Shown piece after piece: positions 12,401 to 18,881 of a DNA stretch of 64,000 bases. Under the pieces are notes generated by a model. It was given only the letters and a program-made list of their open reading frames with translations. It was not told the origin of the DNA and ran no database searches. The stretch comes from Bacteroidales bacterium. Lineage in GTDB: Bacteria; Bacteroidota; Bacteroidia; Bacteroidales; AUK083. The position numbers were made by a program, and so were the translations under genes. The number at the start of each line of letters is the position of its first letter. The first letter of the stretch is position 1. The stretch covers positions 57 to 64,056 of the forward strand of contig JAGGUV010000093.1 in NCBI GenBank assembly GCA_021158345.1, in the 5' to 3' direction.

Positions 12401-12677
12401 TGATGTATTTATGTTGCCATTTGTAGAAGCCTATTACAAAGCCGGAGCTATTGATAAAGCTAATAATTTAGCTGAAAAAATGGCTAATATTTATGATGAA
12501 GATATCAGATATATTAATTCGTTAAGCCATAGGATTGCTAATGGCTATTCTGAAGATGTTCAACAGGCTTTTGGAATTTTGCAAAGACTATCACAACTGA
12601 CTAAACAATATAAACAAGACAAATTACATAAAAAAATTGACGATATGTTTAATTCAAATCTTAAATTTTTAAGATAA
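9459..12677 (+). CDS. DUF2723-family polytopic membrane protein (GT-C/PMT-like glycosyltransferase fold) with C-terminal helical-repeat domain
   Basis: 1072 aa with many TM helices. The N-terminal motif TASWWDCGEYISTAFKLQVGHPPGAPFFQLLGRFF is characteristic of DUF2723 proteins. Confidence 0.7.
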   Translation: MKNYKRANNIIGWVIFFIATFVYLLTIEPTASWWDCGEYISTAFKLQVGHPPGAPFFQLLGRFFSLLAFGNLLHVAKMINIMSALSSSFTILFLFWTITALAKKIALKQGELSKAQQYIIFGSGIVGALAYTFSDSFWFSAVEGEVYAMSSFFTAFVFWAILKWDEVADDKNSTRWLILIAYFIGLSIGVHLLNLLAIPAISFVFYFKKYKPSWKGIIITAVISILILAFIMYGVIPEIVNLFAKTELLFVNSLGFPFNTGTVFFALILIGFIVFGLLFTGKKDSKKIISTVFIILSSIFTLLIFIASSSAGNFFIRLIICSLLVLFFYKFQKKKAILNSIILGFTFLLIGYSSFLLIIIRSNANTPINENSPKDAISLLSYLNREQYGDWPLFYGPYYNAPLDQKKPYLDGTPIYIKDNKTGKYVITDDRKSTISNYDSRFCTIFPRMWSSQKKEHERAYKYWGGKGGIPIKIEKDDGSTQTIYKPTFGQNLRYFFNYQIGHMYVRYFMWNFVGRQNNIEEGNYSVKNGNWISGINFIDKMRVGDQKNLPENMKNNAHNTFYFLPLILGLIGLFYHIKKSPNESLVVGLLFIMTGLAIVVYLNQYPYQPRERDYAYAASFYAFAIWIGLGVLAIFNFFKKKHKTPLTAILISAVCLVLVPGIMAQQGWDDHDRSGKYAARDFAANYLNSCEPNAILFTNGDNDTFPLWYAQEVEGIRTDVRVVNFMLASGDWYIHQLSKKVYDSDALTFTLTPEQYNKGVNEIIPYINRNVKGYFELKDVINFIANENTKLPISENKKINFIPTKKLKLVIDSATVVNNGIVPKNMADKIVKEIKWDLGTNYIYKNGLMLLDLIATNNWKRPIYFANPSTLSKYLDVDKYCHLEGVVYKFMPVKATTGYLKSRGGISVDRCYDILMNKCKWGNLNSPDVNVDRESYRNSFIPKQDYLRLADALLEENKNDSATAVLDKCLEFFPGEKFPYDVFMLPFVEAYYKAGAIDKANNLAEKMANIYDEDIRYINSLSHRIANGYSEDVQQAFGILQRLSQLTKQYKQDKLHKKIDDMFNSNLKFLR

Positions 12678-12776
12678 TTAATCTTGGTTTTGTGAATGTT
12701 TTATTCTAAACAAAAAAAGGAAATTTGTAATCTATAAAGATTTAATTATAAATTTTCTTTTTCTATTTATTTTATT

Positions 12777-12985
12777 GGTACTACCACGAATTTAGTGGAA
12801 TGTTGACAAATGCGAAAATGCTTAAATGCGAAAATACAAAAACAAAATATTGTCTATAACAAATCCTTCATTAACTGATATTTAATTGTTTTTAAATATT
12901 TAAGCATTAGACATTTAAGCATTATAAGTAAGCTGTTTGATAGAATCACAGAAAAATTATTTTCCATTAAAATAACAGTAGAACC
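12777..12985 (+). mobile_element. MITE-like non-autonomous element, copy 1 (209 bp)
   Basis: Ends are GGTACTAC...GTAGAACC (8-bp TIR, 7/8). Perfect 8-bp direct duplication ATTTTATT at 12769-12776 and 12986-12993. No ORF. A homologous inverted copy lies at 30723-30928. Confidence 0.8.
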
Positions 12986-13021
12986 ATTTTATTAAATAAG
13001 ATTTTTAATGGATATATAATT

Positions 13022-14362
13022 TTATTTAAAGGAATAACATATTCCAAAAGAACAATTAAAAATATAAGGATAATATTTTATTATAGTTTTTTTATTAATG
13101 GATGACAAATAATATTTAAAACTTGGTTCAAGTACTAATGACATATTATTGTAAATATTATACTCAAGCCCTAATCCAACAACACCATTATAAATAAATG
13201 ATTTAAGTCCGCCGGCTCCGTCAAGTTCAATTGACTCATTGTCTTTTTCGAGATATGTATTATTATTAATTAATACACCAGTACTTATTCCTCCAATAAT
13301 ATTAAACTTAAATGATTTATCGATAACTGTATATTTTACTTCAAAAGGAATTTCAATATATTTTAATTTCTGAGTTAATCCAAGGTCTGACAGATATTTA
13401 AAATTAGTGCCATCAATTAAAGTATCAGTATCAACTTTGGAAGAATTAATAATACTCATTTTACTATTACTAATTTTAATGTTTCCAATAGAAGTAGGAA
13501 TATTTATTGAATTATCCGGGGACTTATAAGAAACAATCTCATTATTTTTTTGTCCTAAAGATGAAAAGTTAACACCTGACAAAAAGCTAAAATTACTTTT
13601 AGTATTATAACGTATTTTCAAACCATAAGAAAAAGCATATAATCCTTTTTCATTTTCGTTAAACTCTTGTTTTAAAGCCACAGTACTATAGCTAACATCA
13701 TTAAGCTCAATATTTCTGTATGAGTATCCTGAAGTAAAATCTCCAACAACAGACCATCTGATAATTTCAGGTTTATTAATCATTATATCTTCAGAAATAA
13801 AATCATAAATAACATATTCAGATCTTTTATTAATCTGTTGTATTTGAATTAAATTTGAATTGTTTAATAAATTGACTGCAACAATCTGTTTTGGTAAATT
13901 TTCAATATTGCTAATCCTTAACTGAATTTTAGTGTTAGAATTTTTACTATTGGCAATTAATTTTTTATTGATATTTTTTTTATCTGAAGGAGTTATTTTT
14001 TTGGCAACAGCAAATTCTTTTTTTGAGACTTGTAGTTTTTTTATGTTTTTCGGTTTGTCAGATTTTTTATTAGTATTATATTTATTTAAAATAAGACTAT
14101 CTTTTAGAATTGATTTTTCAATGTTATTTTCTGATATTTTTTTATCAATATTGTTATCAGGGACAAATAAAAATATCATAGAAAATGTAAATAAAATAAT
14201 CACAGAAGCAGCAATCCATTTTATTCTGTTAATTCTTCTCCGTCTGACATCAAAAATAAGTTCTTCTTTAATATCTTCCCAGATATTATCAGAAGGTTTT
14301 TCTGAAAAATTTTTTAATTTTTCAGAAAACAAATTATCAATATCATTTATTTTATTTTTCAT
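13022..14362 (-). CDS. putative anti-sigma factor with single TM helix and C-terminal outer-membrane beta-barrel-like domain
   Basis: 446 aa. Its start overlaps the stop of the upstream ECF sigma gene by 11 nt. N-terminal cytoplasmic segment, then TM (WIAASVIILFTFSMIFLF). The C-terminal half has alternating beta-strand-like sequence ending in ...FGICYSFK. Confidence 0.5.
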   Translation of the reverse strand: MKNKINDIDNLFSEKLKNFSEKPSDNIWEDIKEELIFDVRRRRINRIKWIAASVIILFTFSMIFLFVPDNNIDKKISENNIEKSILKDSLILNKYNTNKKSDKPKNIKKLQVSKKEFAVAKKITPSDKKNINKKLIANSKNSNTKIQLRISNIENLPKQIVAVNLLNNSNLIQIQQINKRSEYVIYDFISEDIMINKPEIIRWSVVGDFTSGYSYRNIELNDVSYSTVALKQEFNENEKGLYAFSYGLKIRYNTKSNFSFLSGVNFSSLGQKNNEIVSYKSPDNSINIPTSIGNIKISNSKMSIINSSKVDTDTLIDGTNFKYLSDLGLTQKLKYIEIPFEVKYTVIDKSFKFNIIGGISTGVLINNNTYLEKDNESIELDGAGGLKSFIYNGVVGLGLEYNIYNNMSLVLEPSFKYYLSSINKKTIIKYYPYIFNCSFGICYSFK

Positions 14363-14924
14363 TATTAAAATGTTTATCAGACTTTGATAAATAATATTTT
14401 TTTACTTTTTTCTTTAAAATATTTCTGGCTCTTGAAAGATTCGATTTTGACGTGCCTACTGATATTTTTAGCATTTGACTAATTTCAGAATGCGAATAGC
14501 CTTCAATAGCAAAAAGGTTAAAAACCATTCTATATTGAGGCGAAAGCTCCTGAATAAACACTAACAATTCTTTTGCTGACAAGTCACTTGCTAATTTTTC
14601 ATCGATAAAAACATCATTATTTTTCATTGTATCTATGTCAACAGAATACAAATATTGTTTTTTACGTAATTTTTCAAGCGCTGTGTTTACTATAATTTTT
14701 CTTATCCAACCTTCGAAAGAACCTGTATTTTTATATTTTTTTATATTTTTAAATATTTTTATAAACCCCTCATGTAAAACATCTTCAGCATCAGAACGAC
14801 TTTTAGTATAATAAAGACATACTCCAAATAATCTTTCAGAAAAAAGTTTAAACAACTTCTCCTGACTTGAAGTATTATTTTTTTTACACCCCCTTATTAT
14901 CTCTTCTAAATATTTCTGATCCAC
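14352..14924 (-). CDS. ECF-type RNA polymerase sigma-70 family factor
   Basis: 190 aa with a GTG start. Region 2 (...DAEDVLHEGFIKIFKN...) and region 4 HTH (...YSHSEISQMLKISVGTSKSNLSRAR...). Confidence 0.85.
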   Translation of the reverse strand: MDQKYLEEIIRGCKKNNTSSQEKLFKLFSERLFGVCLYYTKSRSDAEDVLHEGFIKIFKNIKKYKNTGSFEGWIRKIIVNTALEKLRKKQYLYSVDIDTMKNNDVFIDEKLASDLSAKELLVFIQELSPQYRMVFNLFAIEGYSHSEISQMLKISVGTSKSNLSRARNILKKKVKKYYLSKSDKHFNNEK

Positions 14925-14959
14925 TAAAAAAAATGTTATTATTATTTTAAATTATAATA

Positions 14960-14967
14960 CAAAAATA
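14960..14967 (-). promoter_or_regulatory. -7 box (TAnnTTTG) upstream of ECF sigma operon
   Basis: Minus strand TATTTTTG lies 36 nt upstream of the GTG start. Confidence 0.4.
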
Positions 14968-15029
14968 ACAGTATTTAATGAATCATTTACCTTATAAAAC
15001 AATTTATTATATAAAAATATTTTACTAAT

Positions 15030-15129
15030 GATGTAATTTTTAGTTAAAAGGTTGCGTTATAATGATTAATTTTTCTATTATCAATAAAAAAAATTATATA
15101 AACGCAACCTTTTGCAGCCACATTACATC
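15030..15129. promoter_or_regulatory. bipartite inverted repeat (GATGTAAT-N8-AAAAGGTTGCGTT / mirror) in a divergent promoter region
   Basis: Left arm 15030-15058, right arm 15101-15129. The 13-bp inner blocks and 8-bp outer blocks are perfectly complementary; the 8-nt spacers differ. Confidence 0.6.
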
Positions 15130-15184
15130 TATATCTATAAATAAATTATAATAATATTTTTAATCAAAGAATATATTATTGCAA

Positions 15185-15472
15185 ATGAAAATTTTAAAAA
15201 GAATAATTACACCGATTTTAATTTTATGTATAAGCTTTTTGCTAATATCTTTTAACGTAAAAAGCGACAACTCAAGTTTAAAAAATCTTATCACACCACA
15301 CAAAACCGTTCAAGAAAGTAATATTGTTTCAAACAATTCAGAGACTATCAGCCTTACAGAATTAAATATTACAACAAAAATACTAAATCATTGGTCTCCA
15401 TTATTATTGGTAATATTATTTATGCTTTTTATTTTAAGTATTAGACCAATTACTTCAGAAAAAAAACAATAA
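15185..15472 (+). CDS. hypothetical small secreted/membrane-anchored protein
   Basis: 95 aa counted from the ATG at 15185. N-terminal signal-like MKILKRIITPILILCISFLLISF and C-terminal hydrophobic helix. A strong terminator at 15498-15532 follows. Confidence 0.4.
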   Translation: MKILKRIITPILILCISFLLISFNVKSDNSSLKNLITPHKTVQESNIVSNNSETISLTELNITTKILNHWSPLLLVILFMLFILSIRPITSEKKQ

Positions 15473-15497
15473 TTTTTTTATTTAAAAGAATATTAAA

Positions 15498-15532
15498 ATA
15501 GCATAAACCTAATGTTTTATGCTATTTTTTTT
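15498..15532. terminator. rho-independent terminator between convergent units (strong on the plus strand)
   Basis: 10-bp perfect stem ATAGCATAAA (15498-15507) / TTTATGCTAT (15516-25), 8-nt loop, T-run 15526-15532. The minus-strand side is also T-rich. Confidence 0.7.
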
Positions 15533-15709
15533 ATGTTCAATTTTAAATGAAATTATTGTTGCATAACGACCTGCATAATAAGCTATCAGTAAGGCAATAA
15601 AAGAATATTTAAATAAATTGTCAGTATTTCCAAAATTATTAATCAGAAATAAAACAATAGAAATTAATATTATAAAACCTATATCTATTAAATTTCCTTT
15701 TTTAAACAT
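15509..15709 (-). CDS. hypothetical small membrane protein (doubtful)
   Basis: 66 aa with two hydrophobic helices, downstream of lgt. Its last 8 codons overlap the terminator hairpin and T-run, which lowers confidence. Confidence 0.3.
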   Translation of the reverse strand: MFKKGNLIDIGFIILISIVLFLINNFGNTDNLFKYSFIALLIAYYAGRYATIISFKIEHKKNSIKH

Positions 15710-15724
15710 AACTTATTTTTTAAT

Positions 15725-16531
15725 TTAAAGATTTTTTTGAATTGTCTTTTTCTTTTTATTAATAACTATCAAAATTAAAAAGCCAATAGCAATAAAAGGT
15801 ATGCTAAGAGCCTGTCCTAAGTTAAGAATATAATTATTTTCAAAATTAACCTGAACAACTTTTAAATACTCAATAAAAAATCTGGCAGTAAAAATCAGAA
15901 TCAAAAACATGGCAAACAAAAAACCCTGTTTTGGTGCCCCGTTTTTTTTATAATAATGTTTTATAAGGAAAATAAAAATAAACAAATAAGCGAGAGCTTC
16001 ATAGATTTGTGTTGGATGACGTGGTATGTTGGGGCTGACTCTGTCGAAAATAAAAGCCCAAGGAAGACTAGTTTGGATTCCAAAGATTTCTGAATTCATC
16101 AAATTCCCCGTTCTGATTAAGACACCGGCCAAAGCAACCACAACAACAATTCTGTCTAATATCCAAAAATAAGGCATTTTGTATTTTCGTGAAAACAAAT
16201 ATAAAGCCAATAAAATGCCAATAGCAGCACCATGACTTGCAAGACCTCCCTCCCATACTTCTAAAAATTTTATTGGATTACTTAAATAATAATGAGGTTC
16301 ATAAAACAAACAATGTCCTAAACGAGCACCGATGATAGTACCTAAAAACATATAAATTAACAGACTGTCGAGAAGTTTTGCAGGTATCTTTTCCTTTTCA
16401 AACATTTTTTTAATGATAATGTATCCAAAATAAAATGCCAAAGCAAACAACAAACCATACCAACGTACTGATAAACTGCCTATATGAAAAATCTGTGGAT
16501 TTACATTCCAATGTATATAATCTAATACCAT
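15725..16531 (-). CDS. lgt: prolipoprotein diacylglyceryl transferase
   Basis: 268 aa polytopic protein with motifs GGLASHGA and HPTQIYEAL. Confidence 0.9.
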   Translation of the reverse strand: MVLDYIHWNVNPQIFHIGSLSVRWYGLLFALAFYFGYIIIKKMFEKEKIPAKLLDSLLIYMFLGTIIGARLGHCLFYEPHYYLSNPIKFLEVWEGGLASHGAAIGILLALYLFSRKYKMPYFWILDRIVVVVALAGVLIRTGNLMNSEIFGIQTSLPWAFIFDRVSPNIPRHPTQIYEALAYLFIFIFLIKHYYKKNGAPKQGFLFAMFLILIFTARFFIEYLKVVQVNFENNYILNLGQALSIPFIAIGFLILIVINKKKKTIQKNL

Positions 16532-16555
16532 AATTTTAAGTTTAAATTAAACAAA

Positions 16556-16563
16556 CAAATTTA
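16556..16563 (-). promoter_or_regulatory. -7 box (TAnnTTTG) upstream of lgt
   Basis: Minus strand TAAATTTG lies 25 nt upstream of the ATG. Confidence 0.4.
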
Positions 16564-16575
16564 ACAATTTTAATA

Positions 16576-17673
16576 TTAAAAAAAACAATTTTTTATTCTT
16601 TCATCCAAGAGCTGCATATTATTTTCCACATTTAAACCAGAATATTTATCAAAATTCTTCACAGCTTGAAGAATATTTAATTTTTTTTGGAGCTGAAAAT
16701 AAAATAATTTTTTTTCAGATAAATACTTTGCAAGATATTCCTGTTCAGTTTGTCCGGGAGTAGGAATAAAAATTGCCTTTTTTCCAAGACAAGCCATGTC
16801 CATTATACTTGAATATCCTGAACGACAGATAATTGTTCTCGACAGCCCAATGTATTTCAGCAAATCATTAGTGTTAAGATGAGAAAATATTTTAATATTT
16901 TTTATAGTAACATTTAAAGTCTGTTTTTCAGTTATACCCTTAACAATAACAGCTTTGAGATTTGTCGTCTTTAATTGGGAAATAATTTTTTCCTGAAAAA
17001 TTGTCCTTTGAGGTTCAGGACCTGAAAGTATGGCTAAGATATCATATTTTTTTTTAATATCTGTTTTAGGAATATTTTTTTTAAAGGAGTTAAATCTTGA
17101 TAAAGGGCCAATAAAGTAGCAATTTTCTTTAAGTTTATACTTGTGAGATAAATCTCCTGATAAATTATTGTCATTATTTTTATAATCAGGAATCCAACAT
17201 TCATTATACTTTGAAATATTAAACTTATTAAATTTATAAAAAATATATTCTAAAAACTTAAAAAACTTTGGACATTTAACAATTATCTGGTGAGTCATAA
17301 AAATTGAGAAGACATTTTTGTTCCATAATCCATAACGATTATCTGAGACAACAATATCAATATTATATTTTTTTATAATTTTTTTTAGAGTCTTATGCTC
17401 TTTGATAATACTAAAAATAAATACGGGGGTATTAAATAACATTTTCCATATTAGAGTATTACTTTTGGAATATTTAACATCAAAACCAGGGAATATAATA
17501 TTTTTGATATCAGGAAATTCCTCACTAAAAAAATGCAGCGGGCGTTTTTCAGCAGCAATAATTACGTTAAAATCTTTCTCAAGAAATTTTTTAATAATAG
17601 GCACACAACGTGTAGCGTGTCCCAATCCCCAGTTTAAAGGGCATATTAAAACATTTTTTCTTTTATTATCCAA
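16576..17673 (-). CDS. GT-B fold glycosyltransferase (family 28 / MGT-like)
   Basis: 365 aa. N-terminal ...CPLNWGLGHATRC... and C-terminal ...ICRSGYSSIMD...PTPGQTEQE... resemble MurG/UDP-glycosyltransferase family C-domains. Confidence 0.6.
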   Translation of the reverse strand: MDNKRKNVLICPLNWGLGHATRCVPIIKKFLEKDFNVIIAAEKRPLHFFSEEFPDIKNIIFPGFDVKYSKSNTLIWKMLFNTPVFIFSIIKEHKTLKKIIKKYNIDIVVSDNRYGLWNKNVFSIFMTHQIIVKCPKFFKFLEYIFYKFNKFNISKYNECWIPDYKNNDNNLSGDLSHKYKLKENCYFIGPLSRFNSFKKNIPKTDIKKKYDILAILSGPEPQRTIFQEKIISQLKTTNLKAVIVKGITEKQTLNVTIKNIKIFSHLNTNDLLKYIGLSRTIICRSGYSSIMDMACLGKKAIFIPTPGQTEQEYLAKYLSEKKLFYFQLQKKLNILQAVKNFDKYSGLNVENNMQLLDERIKNCFF

Positions 17674-17693
17674 AACTTATTATAAAATTTCAT

Positions 17694-17701
17694 CAAATTT
17701 A
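17694..17701 (-). promoter_or_regulatory. -7 box (TAnnTTTG) for the glycosyltransferase gene
   Basis: Minus strand TAAATTTG lies 21 nt upstream of the ATG at 17673. Confidence 0.4.
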
Positions 17702-17714
17702 TTAATAAAATTTT

Positions 17715-17722
17715 TAATTTTG
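17715..17722 (+). promoter_or_regulatory. -7 box (TAnnTTTG) for dprA
   Basis: TAATTTTG lies 21 nt upstream of the TTG start at 17743. Confidence 0.4.
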
Positions 17723-17742
17723 ATTAATAAAACTATAAAACA

Positions 17743-18831
17743 TTGTTATATAAAATAGCACTAAGTCTAATCCCTTTAGTAGGAGATATTACAGCGAAAA
17801 AATTAGTTTCTTATTGTGGCAGTCCCGAAGCTGTGTTCAGGGAAAAAAAATCAAATCTAAGCAGGATTCCTAATATTGGCAATGTACTTGCCAACAGTAT
17901 AGTACATCAGGATGTACTTAAAAAGGCTGAAAAGGAGATACTTTTTATTGAAAAAAACAATATTAAAGTTTTGTTTTATACTGACAATGAATATCCCCAT
18001 CGATTAAATCATTGTATTGACAGCCCAATACTGCTTTATTACAAAGGCAATGCAGATTTAAACATCAAAAAAATAATTAGTGTTGTTGGGTCACGTAATG
18101 CAACATCATACGGCAAAGAAAAATGTGAAGAAATAATAAAAGGTCTTTCAAATCAGGATATATTAATAATCAGCGGGCTGGCATATGGAATAGATGCATG
18201 TGCACATAAATCGTCATTAGACAACGGAATGAAAACTGTAGGAATATTAGGTCATGGATTAGATAAGATTTATCCTAATCAAAACAGAGAATTAGCAAAA
18301 CGCATGATAGAAAAAGGAGGTCTAATAACAGAATTTATGAGTAAGACTATACCAAACAGAGAAAATTTTCCAAAACGGAATAGAATAATTGCCGGTATGT
18401 CGGATGCAGTAATAGTTGTAGAGGCAAGAAAAAAAAGCGGAGCTATAATTACTGCTGATATTGCTAATTCATATAACAGGGATGTTTTTGCAGTGCCAGG
18501 CCGTATTAACGATGCTCTTTCGTATGGTTGTAATAATTTGATAAAAACCAACCGGGCTGCATTGCTACAATCAGCTGATGATATAAAATATATTATGGGC
18601 TGGGATGACAATATTAAAAACAATAAATCTATACAAAATAAATTATTTGTAGAATTAAATCCTCAAGAAAAAATTATTGTTGAGCTTTTAAAAGGGAAAA
18701 GTGATTGTGGTATTGACTGGATTTATCTTAATTCAAAACTTTCTATGAGTAAAGTTTCAGCATTATTATTAAATCTTGAATTTAAAGGTATAGTAAAAAC
18801 TTTACCCGGAAAAAGGTACAAATTGTTATAA
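17743..18831 (+). CDS. dprA: DNA-processing protein DprA (Smf)
   Basis: 362 aa with ...SGLAYGIDACAHK..., ...VVEARKKSGAIITA... and ...PGRINDALSYGCNNLIK... Confidence 0.9.
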   Translation: MLYKIALSLIPLVGDITAKKLVSYCGSPEAVFREKKSNLSRIPNIGNVLANSIVHQDVLKKAEKEILFIEKNNIKVLFYTDNEYPHRLNHCIDSPILLYYKGNADLNIKKIISVVGSRNATSYGKEKCEEIIKGLSNQDILIISGLAYGIDACAHKSSLDNGMKTVGILGHGLDKIYPNQNRELAKRMIEKGGLITEFMSKTIPNRENFPKRNRIIAGMSDAVIVVEARKKSGAIITADIANSYNRDVFAVPGRINDALSYGCNNLIKTNRAALLQSADDIKYIMGWDDNIKNNKSIQNKLFVELNPQEKIIVELLKGKSDCGIDWIYLNSKLSMSKVSALLLNLEFKGIVKTLPGKRYKLL

Positions 18832-18881
18832 TTATTTTTCAACTTTCCCCTTTAGCTTAATTCTAAAAGCATAAAATAAAT

